A DNA stretch of 38,638 nucleotides from an uncultured Clostridia bacterium (GTDB lineage Bacteria > Bacillota > Clostridia > Christensenellales > UBA1242): contig CALDMJ010000078.1 in NCBI GenBank assembly GCA_937914725.1, positions 1 to 38,638 on the forward strand, read 5' to 3'. Every line of letters begins with the position of its first letter. Positions within the stretch are counted from its first letter, which is position 1. Shown piece after piece: positions 28,541 through 36,838 of the stretch. Below the pieces are notes generated by a model. That model was not told the DNA's origin. It made no database searches and worked only from the letters and a program-made list of their open reading frames with translations. A program made the translations under genes and the position numbers.

Positions 28541-31222
28541 TTATTTTTTGCTTTTTCCAGTTAAACTTTTGCGCGTGATGAGCACAATTGCGACACAAAT
28601 GCCGACAACTGCCAAAATGATAATGATTGCCAAAACAATTTCAAGTGTTGACGATTTTTTATCTTTGTCCGCTACTGTTGCAACTGTTTCGTTTTGCGCA
28701 AATTGTTTATTAAGGTTTTCAATTTTGTTTGCGCTTTCGTAGTTTGCGACACTTGTTGCGACAAAAGCAATTTTGATTTCGTTTTCACTTTTCAATGAGT
28801 CATATGAAAGGCTGAACTTATTGTCGACAACATCGATTTTCTTTTGATTGAGCAAAACATAGTCGACTTGCATACCGTCGTTTGGCGTGAGCGTATACTC
28901 AATTGTTTCGCCCGAATTGAGCATTGCGACGCCGTTTACATCGGTTGTACCGACTTTAGCGGACACTTTGCCGCCAACTGTCGTTTGGTAGGCATAAACA
29001 TTTTTTGTTTCGCTTGTGACTTTGCTGCTATCAACTGCCATAACCATAAATGGGCTGAACGAGTTGACGACGACCACGAGTCCATACTCAGTGACGACGC
29101 AAGGGATTTCCTCAGTTTGCGTCGGGTCAATTTTGCCGTCCGCGCCCTTTTTGAAGTGGTAAACCTTAAATGTCGTGCCTTTGTTTTCTGGTCCAAAGCC
29201 TTCTGGGAAGCCAAACGCGAGTTTCATATACGAGCCCGCTGGAATTTCTTGCAGCACGCCGCAAATGTGCAAGTCAAGTTCAAACGTAGCGCTTGCTTTG
29301 ACGTCCTTTGCGTCGATGCCTGCTAATTCTATCGAACTATCCATCATATCGCTAGCCGTTTTGCTATCAGGCTTTGTAGCGACAAGCACAAGTTGACTTC
29401 TTTGATTTTCGGCAACTTGATTACCATACTCGTCGACAAATCCTGTCATACTCAAGTCTTGATTGTCAATCAAAGTTGGTTCGCCGTAGATGTTCATATA
29501 CAATCTACCATCGTTGTAGACCTTGCTGCACACTGACCACGGTTTTGAGAATGTAAAACTTGCGGCGCGCGGTGCGGCGTTGCTTGTTTTGCCGACAATG
29601 TTTGTTGGCGTAATGTAATAAGTGAGCAAGTCGTGTTTATACATTTTGCTTGGCGTCAGTGTGAAACTGATTGTTCTATTTCCGTCGAAAACAACATTTT
29701 CAATTTTGACAAACGTTTGCAAATCGCTGTCTTTTGTGCTATAAATACTAATTCCAACGTCTTTGCTTTCATCCACTTTTTTGAGTTCGGCATCATACTC
29801 AATAGACATATCGTATGTGTTGCCTGCGTCCAAAATTGCGGAGTTGGACGGCGTCATATTGCGTGGAAATGGCGAACGCGGAACTGCATTGTAGAATTCA
29901 TTGTATATGATGTCACTTTTTGCAAAAACAAGTTTTTCATCAAGTGACTTATATATGCCACCATTGTCAGGTGCTTGTGTTGTTGCGACAAAATGCATAT
30001 TTTTGACATATGTGTTGAACGGCATTTTATCCACAACGCCATTCGCTTCAAGCGAGAAGAACTTTAGCCAACCCTCGTCCGTTTCTTCAATGCAGGCAAT
30101 ATATTTGCCTTCCTCTTTTAATTGCTTAGCGTTTTTGCCATTATATAGCACTGTGATTGACGAACTTTCGTATTCGGTTTCACTTTTCTTTGCACCATAC
30201 TCAATTTTTGTTGTCAATTCCTCACAACCATAACTATATGTAGCAAGTGTTGGGTACTTGAACTCAAAACCCGATTGCGAAATGACGCCATTTTCGACAT
30301 ATGCGCTAGCATACTCAGCGCCGAGCAGCAAGTAATCTTCTTTGTAACTTGCTGCGTCATTGTATGTGCAGTCGACAAGATACCATTTGCCGTCGAGTGA
30401 AACATAGTTCCACGCGTGCGGCTCAAGGTTGTTGTTCTCATCATAGACATATCCAACGACTTCAATACACGGAATGTCTTGCGTATCCATTAATACTTTG
30501 AACGCGCGCGAATACCCTTCACACACGGCTTTCCCGTTGACAAGCGCGCCATATGGTGTGCGAATTGCGGAAGCAAGCGCCGCGTCATCCGCGCAAAAGT
30601 CGTAAATTGCAAGCGAGCAAATGAACGTATTTGCAAGCGCGACTTTTTCTTTTGGCGTCACTTTCAAGTCGAGTTCCGCCTTTAATTCTGTGACCTTGTT
30701 GTTAAACGCTGTCTTTGCGCTAGCAACATCCGTAGCGGTGCTAAAGCCGCCGTTTATATAATAACTACCGTATCTACCCGCGTCAATGCTAGCGGTATAC
30801 TTTCCGTTTTGAACGGCAAAACTAAGCGATAGCGCGTCAAAATCTACATAAAAGATTTCAGGATGTTCAAGAAAATAAGCATCCCTGCCCGCGCCAAAGT
30901 CCTTGAGGACTTGGCTTGCGCCACTTTGGTACGCCTTGACATCGGCTTCGGTCAAAACCTTGTTTTCGATAAGGTCGTACTTTCCGTTGCCACTCTCTAG
31001 CGCGCCCGATTTGTTCATCGCATCAATCGCAGTATAAAACTTCTTTGCGTTATCATTTAGTTGGCTATAATAACTAAATGCGTTTTCGACGCTTGCATCC
31101 GCGCCACCAACCTTTGGCGGCAAGAAGCAAAGCAGCGCACAAAGTGCAAACACGCACATTGCAATAGCCGCAATGACGCTATATTTGTTTATTGTAAATC
31201 TGCTTTTATTATTTTTAGGCAT
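28541..31222 (-). CDS. Transglutaminase-like (cysteine protease fold) surface protein with a C-terminal TM anchor
   Basis: The transglutaminase-core triad context is GKAVCEGYSRAF (Cys), EPHAWNYV (His) and WYLVDCT (Asp). It has an N-terminal signal anchor and a C-terminal TM helix ending KSLTGKSKK. I prefer the ATG at 31222 (GGAGGG 10 nt upstream) over 31240. Confidence 0.75.
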   Translation of the reverse strand: MPKNNKSRFTINKYSVIAAIAMCVFALCALLCFLPPKVGGADASVENAFSYYSQLNDNAKKFYTAIDAMNKSGALESGNGKYDLIENKVLTEADVKAYQSGASQVLKDFGAGRDAYFLEHPEIFYVDFDALSLSFAVQNGKYTASIDAGRYGSYYINGGFSTATDVASAKTAFNNKVTELKAELDLKVTPKEKVALANTFICSLAIYDFCADDAALASAIRTPYGALVNGKAVCEGYSRAFKVLMDTQDIPCIEVVGYVYDENNNLEPHAWNYVSLDGKWYLVDCTYNDAASYKEDYLLLGAEYASAYVENGVISQSGFEFKYPTLATYSYGCEELTTKIEYGAKKSETEYESSSITVLYNGKNAKQLKEEGKYIACIEETDEGWLKFFSLEANGVVDKMPFNTYVKNMHFVATTQAPDNGGIYKSLDEKLVFAKSDIIYNEFYNAVPRSPFPRNMTPSNSAILDAGNTYDMSIEYDAELKKVDESKDVGISIYSTKDSDLQTFVKIENVVFDGNRTISFTLTPSKMYKHDLLTYYITPTNIVGKTSNAAPRAASFTFSKPWSVCSKVYNDGRLYMNIYGEPTLIDNQDLSMTGFVDEYGNQVAENQRSQLVLVATKPDSKTASDMMDSSIELAGIDAKDVKASATFELDLHICGVLQEIPAGSYMKLAFGFPEGFGPENKGTTFKVYHFKKGADGKIDPTQTEEIPCVVTEYGLVVVVNSFSPFMVMAVDSSKVTSETKNVYAYQTTVGGKVSAKVGTTDVNGVAMLNSGETIEYTLTPNDGMQVDYVLLNQKKIDVVDNKFSLSYDSLKSENEIKIAFVATSVANYESANKIENLNKQFAQNETVATVADKDKKSSTLEIVLAIIIILAVVGICVAIVLITRKSLTGKSKK

Positions 31223-31339
31223 AACAATATTTCCCTCCATTTTTCTTTTAATATTATATCAATTCTCCGCTCTCTTTGTCAAGTGACAGAGTCATTAACA
31301 AGTAAAAAGCGCTCCTACTCAACGACGCAACAAATAACT

Positions 31340-31466
31340 TGCTTGTAGGCGCTATCCCTAAATCCGCAACACTATCCCGAAAAAAGGTACATAGTAATTT
31401 AACTATGTACCCAATTACATATAGTGTCACCTAGCCCAACCTATAGCAGCGGGGCTATCCCCGCAA
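31340..31466 (-). repeat. Repeat-family module (unit plus GGTACATAGT hairpin) downstream of the UPF0104 gene
   Basis: GGTACATAGT-aattta-ACTATGTACC (31386-31411) is followed by CAATTACATATAGTGTCACCTAGCCCAACCTATAGCAGCGGGGCTATCCCCGC. This is the reverse complement of the 38556-38638 module. A further degenerate GTAGGCGCTATCCC unit lies at 31345. Confidence 0.75.
31380..31411 (-). terminator. Intrinsic terminator supplied by the repeat module
   Basis: The minus strand reads GGTACATAGT-TAAATT-ACTATGTACC followed by TTTTTT. It lies about 75 nt downstream of the stop at 31485. Confidence 0.6.
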
Positions 31467-31484
31467 ATTGTTTTGTTGTTAATT

Positions 31485-32816
31485 TCATTTAACGGTTCTA
31501 GCGCGCTCCGCGTCGATGCGAGCAAGGCGCGCCTTGGTTTTCTCAATTTTCTTATTGCCAAACAAAAAGTCGTAGGCGAGGACGAGTAGCCCTTGAATTA
31601 AATAAATGTAGTACTGGAATATGCGGTATATTAGCATCGCCCAAACGACTGTTCCCGACGTCAAGCTGAAGTACGCAAACATCGTGACGTACGAAATTTC
31701 CGCCACGCCCGCCGCGCCCGGCCACGGAATGTACGACAGCACCGCGTCAATGAGTGTGCACCAAATGAATACCGCCGAATATGTTGCCCAATCAAAATGC
31801 CCGTTGCTAAACATACACACGACGCACGCGGGTATCATAAATTTGACAACAATGTTCAAAAACGACGATAGCAGCATTGTCAACATCACAAAAATGTTTG
31901 ACATAAAGTAGCGGAACGTCTTTTGATACTCCGAAACAAAACGCATAACTTTACGGAAAAGCGCCGTGTAGTCCTTGATAATGTGCATTTTGTCCAACAG
32001 TTTCAAAATCCAAATCGTCAGCGTCGGTCCCACTTTTTTGCTGACAGACAAAAGAAATACGAACGCCATAATGGTCGTGTTCAAAACCACTCCAACTACT
32101 GCTGCCGTAAACACGGTGGGGTCAAGTCCGCCCGCAATTTTTTTGCTGAAAATCAGCACGCTCATCGACACCAAAACTGCGACAATTTGATTGAAAATAT
32201 AGACCGCAAACGGTATCGACGACGCCGTGCTGCCCTTAATGCCGCGTTTTGTCATATAGTATATTTGAAAAGGTTGCCCGCCCGTCGCAAGTGGCGTTAT
32301 GTTGTCATAGTAGCGCCCAAGCGCCATTGTTTTATAACTTAGGAAAGGCCGCGAGTGTTTTGTCGAGCGCAAAATGAGCAGCCACCAACGGAACGTGTCC
32401 GTTACCATAAGCAGCGCAAAGCACCCAAGCGCCGCAAGCAAGTACCAAAAGTTTGCCACCGCAAACATATCGCCAATGGACGCCATACTGTCATCTTTGA
32501 GGCTCTGCGTGATAATGATTACTGCAATAATTGCAATGTTGACAATGAAAAAAATTAGGCTAAGAATCTTTGATTTTTTGCTCTTTTGTTTTTTAGTTTT
32601 TTCTTCCGCCTCAATGACTGCCTGCTCCGCAATTTGTTCCTGCGTGGCAATATCCTCAGGCTCTTTGTAAACAGTCAGCATCTCATCGAGCGGCTTAGTC
32701 TTACCCTTGCAAACAAAAAGCGCGCCGTGCTTACACTTTAGATGCACACTCTTTTTGATGATTCCCCTTTGGACGCGCAAGGACTCCTTTTCAATATTTT
32801 TTTCGTTTTCTGCCAT
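31485..32816 (-). CDS. UPF0104 / lysylphosphatidylglycerol-synthase-TM-like (flippase-like) membrane protein
   Basis: The multi-pass membrane region carries GRYYDNITPLATGGQPFQIYYM, characteristic of the LPG_synthase_TM family. I prefer the ATG at 32816 (MAENEK) over the upstream start at 32906. Confidence 0.7.
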   Translation of the reverse strand: MAENEKNIEKESLRVQRGIIKKSVHLKCKHGALFVCKGKTKPLDEMLTVYKEPEDIATQEQIAEQAVIEAEEKTKKQKSKKSKILSLIFFIVNIAIIAVIIITQSLKDDSMASIGDMFAVANFWYLLAALGCFALLMVTDTFRWWLLILRSTKHSRPFLSYKTMALGRYYDNITPLATGGQPFQIYYMTKRGIKGSTASSIPFAVYIFNQIVAVLVSMSVLIFSKKIAGGLDPTVFTAAVVGVVLNTTIMAFVFLLSVSKKVGPTLTIWILKLLDKMHIIKDYTALFRKVMRFVSEYQKTFRYFMSNIFVMLTMLLSSFLNIVVKFMIPACVVCMFSNGHFDWATYSAVFIWCTLIDAVLSYIPWPGAAGVAEISYVTMFAYFSLTSGTVVWAMLIYRIFQYYIYLIQGLLVLAYDFLFGNKKIEKTKARLARIDAERARTVK

Positions 32817-33153
32817 TTGCCCATTAACCCTTTCACTTAGTATTAGTATAATAGCAAAAAAACATTTTTTTGTCAACACAAAACCCCCCACATACAAAAA
32901 AAGCACATAGTCAAATGACTATGTGCATAATGTGCTTTTGTGTCGTCCAACCAACATCCGTATTTGTGGCGTAAACCATACAAATATGACCACCCTATAG
33001 ATACAAGTTCCCGTCCTCTAAGATTTATATACATAGTAATGTTCCCTGCACCAATGCTCCTGTCATACAAATACAGCGTCTCATAAATATTACTAGGTAT
33101 ACCACCTATAAAAGTAGTTCACTCGTAAGAACAACACGCCAGTGGCTTTGCCA

Positions 33154-33534
33154 TCAGCCGCCCGCACCTGCAGAGCCCGTTGGACCTGTCGGACCTGTCG
33201 CGCCTGTGGCACCACGTGGGATGAAGAAATTGAGAGTATGCACATTGCCAACAATTGTGTCAGTAACGTATGCTTCTTCATCTGGCTCAAGAGTGGTGGT
33301 TTCGCCAACAGCAAAGATTGGGGAAATGCCGTCTGCGCCTGTTGCACCCGTCGCACCTGTCGGTCCTGTTGCGCCCGTCGGGCCGGTAACCCCTTGCGCG
33401 CCTTGCGGCCCTGTCGCACCCGTCGGCCCTATCGGTCCAACAATCGCGCCAGTCGCGACGACTGTGCTTGCCGTTCTAAAACGAGGCGTCGGGCAACAGC
33501 ATCGACATCTAGTGCATCCGCAAATATTGCACAT
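33154..33534 (-). CDS. Small collagen-like (G-X-T repeat) protein with a Cys-rich N-terminus
   Basis: The 126-aa product begins [15 protein letters not shown], with 7 Cys in 14 residues. About 17 GxY triplets follow ([22 protein letters not shown]...), then a 35-aa non-collagen insert ending FFIPRG. More GxY triplets run to the stop. The RBS is AGAGGTGA. Confidence 0.65.
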   Translation of the reverse strand: MCNICGCTRCRCCCPTPRFRTASTVVATGAIVGPIGPTGATGPQGAQGVTGPTGATGPTGATGATGADGISPIFAVGETTTLEPDEEAYVTDTIVGNVHTLNFFIPRGATGATGPTGPTGSAGAGG

Positions 33535-33620
33535 CTTTCACCTCTTGTTTTGTAGCACATTTTGTTTTGTGCTACACTTCATAGTATGCACGAAATTTGT
33601 TTGTGTGCAATTATATACGA

Positions 33621-33930
33621 AAACGGGGATAGCCCCGCTGCTGCAGGCACTGTTCCTACGCGCAAGTTGGTTACGTGGGCGGCGAACTTGTTTGCTTGCT
33701 ATAAGCACTTGTTCTCGTGTGGGGATATCCCCGCTGGTGGCAAACGCCACTGGTACAAATACTGTACCTACGCCAAATTAACATACGCGGACGGCATTGT
33801 TTTGTGCCTTCTTTATACTCTCATCCTCGAAACAGACGCCGCTTGTGCAGATTTGGCGGGAAAACCCGCCGCTACAGGTTCGGTACGTGACTACATACAA
33901 TTTTGGTACATAGTTAATTGACTATGTACC
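33621..33930 (+). repeat. Composite repeat block (3-4 plus-orientation units ending in the GGTACATAGT palindrome)
   Basis: Hairpin heads GGGGATAGCCCC (33625), GGGGATATCCCC (33721) and GCGGGAAAACCCGC (33856). Palindrome GGTACATAGT-TAATTG-ACTATGTACC lies at 33905-33930. The segment 33625-33764 recurs at 38415-38554. Confidence 0.85.
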
Positions 33931-33949
33931 AATTTCATATAATGCCACT

Positions 33950-34290
33950 CACCCAACCTGCAGTAGCGGGGCTTTCCCTCACGCGTGAACAAACTATAAT
34001 AGTAAGTTCGCAAATACGCCGTCCACCAAAGTGACTGACGCGTAGGAACAGTACCTGCAGCAGCGGGGCTTTCCCCGCCTGCACCTGTGGCGTTTGTCAA
34101 CGAACAATAAATATTGTAGAAAGCACATATATGTGCCGCACGCGAAAGTAATTTACACGTAGTGACAGTACCTGCAGCCGTGCGCTATCGCCCCCACGAG
34201 GTGCATCCTAACTAGAAAGCGCTACAAATTTGCCGTCCACGCAAGCAACTTACGCGTAGTAACAGTATCTGTAGCTGTGCGCTTTCGCAC
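33950..34290 (-). repeat. Array of 4 minus-orientation units convergent on the preceding block
   Basis: GTAG-type heads lie at about 34042 (GTAGGAACAGTACCTGCAGCAGCGGGGCTTTCCCCGC), 34159 (GTAGTGACAGTACCTGCAGCCGTGCGCTATCGCCCC) and 34256 (GTAGTAACAGTATCTGTAGCTGTGCGCTTTCGCAC). A partial unit lies at 33957-33985. GCCGTCCAC boxes precede each head. Confidence 0.8.
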
Positions 34291-34662
34291 TTATTTAAAA
34301 ATCAAGTTGCCCGAAAAATCGAACTCAAAATAGTCATCATCAACCGCATCATAGTCCACATCAAAGCGTGGCTCTTTGGGATATGCTACCATTCTTGATA
34401 CGCGAAGATTGAGACTCTCGCACAAAATCAAAAACTCCCGCAAAGTGAGCGTGCCTTGCTCATCCCCCAAAAATTGACGCAACCGCTCATAATCAATGCC
34501 GCAACTTTCGGCAAACGCCTTGATTGAAATGTTTGGCTTTTTAGGCGCTTGCGCAACATTCTTTGCAATGCCTTTCAGCCATTTTTCAACATCCTTTCTC
34601 GCCCGCTCTCCACTGCCCATTGTCACAACAACGGTTTTTACAAACTCCTCGTCACTCTCCAT
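34291..34662 (-). CDS. Hypothetical HTH-containing protein (acidic N-terminus)
   Basis: The C-terminal half, SIKAFAESCGIDYERLRQFLGDEQGTLTLREFLILCESLNL, looks like an XRE-type helix-turn-helix. I prefer the ATG at 34662 (GAGG 5 nt upstream); the ORF track extends to 34710. Confidence 0.5.
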   Translation of the reverse strand: MESDEEFVKTVVVTMGSGERARKDVEKWLKGIAKNVAQAPKKPNISIKAFAESCGIDYERLRQFLGDEQGTLTLREFLILCESLNLRVSRMVAYPKEPRFDVDYDAVDDDYFEFDFSGNLIFK

Positions 34663-34715
34663 TGCCACCTCATCGCCTCTCATTATATCACTATTTTTAG
34701 TAATTGACAACTATT

Positions 34716-34733
34716 TTTAACGATATCGTTAAA
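34716..34733. promoter_or_regulatory. Perfect 18-bp palindrome in the divergent intergenic region (candidate operator)
   Basis: TTTAACGATATCGTTAAA is perfectly self-complementary. It lies between the divergent HTH genes, just downstream of a TTGACA hexamer (34704-34709) and a duplicated CTATTTTTA (34691 and 34711). Confidence 0.45.
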
Positions 34734-34789
34734 CTTAACCCCTAAAATAAGCTATGCAACTTGTTAAAATTCATTTGAGGTAATAAATT

Positions 34790-35032
34790 ATGACTATTGG
34801 CGAGGCATACCTAATTAGGTTAAATAAATTGTTGAAAGACAAAAACATAACAACATATAGATTTGTTAAAGAAAGTTGCATCCCTGAAGCAACTTTGAGA
34901 AACTTGAAAACAAAAAGGTCGAAAAGCCCTAAAATGTCATTGTTCTATCAAACAGCAAACGCACTTGATATGACAATAAATGAATTTCTTGACGACCCAA
35001 TTTTTAATAGTGACGATATCGAATTTTTGTGA
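34790..35032 (+). CDS. 80-aa XRE-like HTH protein, paralog 1 of 3
   Basis: MTIGEAYLIRLNKLLKDKNITTYRFVKESCIPEATLRNLK... ends in DDIEFL. GAGGT RBS lies 9 nt upstream. Confidence 0.7.
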   Translation: MTIGEAYLIRLNKLLKDKNITTYRFVKESCIPEATLRNLKTKRSKSPKMSLFYQTANALDMTINEFLDDPIFNSDDIEFL

Positions 35033-35042
35033 GGCAATTTTT

Positions 35043-35285
35043 ATGACTTTGACTGAAGCATATATTATAAGGTTAACTGAACTACTAAATGAGAGAAACA
35101 TAACTTTCTACAAATTTGCCAAAGAAAGTTGTATACCACATACTACAATAGAAAATTTGAAGAAAAAAGTTACAAAAAGCCCGTCGCTGAAATTGATATA
35201 TCAAACAGCAAACGGGCTCGGTATGTCAGTCGTCGAATTTCTTGACGACCCTATTTTTTGTAGTGATGATATTGAATTTTTGTGA
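35043..35285 (+). CDS. 80-aa XRE-like HTH protein, paralog 2 of 3
   Basis: MTLTEAYIIRLTELLNERNITFYKFAKESCIPHTTIENLK... ends in DDIEFL. By manual count 52 of 80 residues are identical to paralog 1. Its RBS GAGG overlaps the stop of paralog 1 (TTTTTGTGAGG). Confidence 0.7.
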   Translation: MTLTEAYIIRLTELLNERNITFYKFAKESCIPHTTIENLKKKVTKSPSLKLIYQTANGLGMSVVEFLDDPIFCSDDIEFL

Positions 35286-35294
35286 GGACAAGCA

Positions 35295-35537
35295 ATGACA
35301 ATAAGTGAGGCATACATTTTGAGATTGAAAGAACTACTGAAAGAGAAGAAAATGACACAATATAGGTTTGTGCGCGAAAGTTGCATTCCTATGTCGACAT
35401 TGCAAAGCATAAAACAAGGTAAAACAAAAAGCCCTAATATGACGTTATTTTTTATGACGGCATACGGACTTGGTATTTCGGTTGTCGAATTTCTTGACAG
35501 CCCCTACTTTAATATGGACGATATTGAATTTTTGTAA
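35295..35537 (+). CDS. 80-aa XRE-like HTH protein, paralog 3 of 3
   Basis: MTISEAYILRLKELLKEKKMTQYRFVRESCIPMSTLQSIK... ends in DDIEFL. It shows the same stop/RBS overlap junction (TTTTTGTGAGG). Confidence 0.7.
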   Translation: MTISEAYILRLKELLKEKKMTQYRFVRESCIPMSTLQSIKQGKTKSPNMTLFFMTAYGLGISVVEFLDSPYFNMDDIEFL

Positions 35538-35568
35538 GAGGTGATTTTGGCAATCAACAAACTCATAA

Positions 35569-36345
35569 TCATTCATACGAAATTAAATTAAATTTTTTTG
35601 AAATTTTTTCGCCATATTCTCCAGTAAGTTTAAACATTAAATATGAACAATGTGAATTTTTGACAGAAAATCTTGTATTGAATTTTTCGCTAAAATTAAA
35701 CTTTGTTTCTAGTAAATTTAGTTCATCATCATACCATTCAATTTTGTTGGTCTTATCACAAGTTATAGATATCGTTCCTTCATAATTATTGATACTAATA
35801 TCTAAAATTCTAGGTGTAAAGCCACATTCATTTTTAAGTAAGTTTATTTCATTCTCATTATATTCTGATTCAATTAATGGCAAATAGGACTCTTTAATTT
35901 CAATATTTTTGCCACCAAACTTTTCTAAATTTGCAACAATTTTCCATCTATAAACCTTATTTCTTTCTTCAAATTCTATTTGTGCCTTGGCTAAATGTTT
36001 TGCAAATTCAAATTCGTTACAATTATTAACTTTCATAAAATGTTTCTTTGCGTTTTCTCCAAAACCTAGCCTTTGCGAATTTCTTATGTGTATAACTCCA
36101 TGACATCTACTACAAATGGCAATTATATTTTTGAGTGTTTGAGTTCTTGTTTCAATGTTAAAATCCCACACCTCATGAGCATCTAAATCATCAGTCTCAA
36201 AACCACAAATAGCACATTTATGATTTGCTTTGTCATAACAAAATTTTCTCAAAACATCCCAATCTTTTTTAGGTAAAGTTTTACTAAAATCATTACCCCA
36301 AGCACCTTTGGGCAATAATTCAATTTTTAATTTCACATCTTTCAT
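35569..36345 (-). CDS. HNH-like zinc-finger nuclease-fold protein with an unknown C-terminal domain
   Basis: CAICGFETDDLDAHEVWDF...IAICSRCHGVIH shows a CxxC...H-E...CxxCH..H arrangement, as in phage-associated HNH proteins. The C-terminal ~130 aa are unassigned. The gene is visibly AT-rich. Confidence 0.55.
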   Translation of the reverse strand: MKDVKLKIELLPKGAWGNDFSKTLPKKDWDVLRKFCYDKANHKCAICGFETDDLDAHEVWDFNIETRTQTLKNIIAICSRCHGVIHIRNSQRLGFGENAKKHFMKVNNCNEFEFAKHLAKAQIEFEERNKVYRWKIVANLEKFGGKNIEIKESYLPLIESEYNENEINLLKNECGFTPRILDISINNYEGTISITCDKTNKIEWYDDELNLLETKFNFSEKFNTRFSVKNSHCSYLMFKLTGEYGEKISKKFNLISYE

Positions 36346-36352
36346 ATTTTAC

Positions 36353-36838
36353 CTACCTTGTTGGATATAACTCGCCTGATATGTATTTATTCATATAGTT
36401 TTCAAACCCCATTTTAGCAATTAATTCTTCTTGGTCGAATGGGTTTACTGCCTTTATGTTTCCCGTCATTTCATCAAAAGGTGTTCCGTAACAAATAATT
36501 CCAACAGGTTTTATTACTTCCAGCATTTTATTATAACTTTTCATAAACTCATATTTATATTCCTGTCTACAATAAGTTGAAACCGCAACCACAGAACCTT
36601 GCTCTATACCATCAAAGCAAAAATCATAACTATCGCTGCCAGCACAACAAACGGTTGGAATTACCTTCATTCCATATTTTTGGAAAAAGGCCCCACACCA
36701 CCTATTTTTGAATGTACTATATATTTGAAGAGCCTTTGGCATATCCCAGTACAAGCTAAATTCGGGAGATAACACTGCATAATATTGTTTCAATTTTTCC
36801 ATAGCTAATTCTGGCTTTTCGTAAACATTTCCAAACAA
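36353..36838 (-). CDS. DUF4417 domain protein, apparently 5'-truncated or degraded
   Basis: LSPEFSLYWDMPKALQIYSTFKNRWCGAFFQKYGMKVIPTV...GIEQGSVVAVS matches my recollection of DUF4417. The frame stays open upstream to 36979 and encodes IHFFTYDW, also DUF4417-like, but with no ATG. The ORF-track start is a TTG. Confidence 0.6.
   Translation of the reverse strand: MFGNVYEKPELAMEKLKQYYAVLSPEFSLYWDMPKALQIYSTFKNRWCGAFFQKYGMKVIPTVCCAGSDSYDFCFDGIEQGSVVAVSTYCRQEYKYEFMKSYNKMLEVIKPVGIICYGTPFDEMTGNIKAVNPFDQEELIAKMGFENYMNKYISGELYPTR

Noticed and set aside
33093-33781. ORFs 33093-33419, 33142-33555 and 33206-33781, which overlap the collagen-like gene.
   Set aside because: GC-rich GGN-CCN-ACN triplet repeats stay open in several frames. 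Only the minus-strand frame giving GxY repeats has an RBS and a sensible start.
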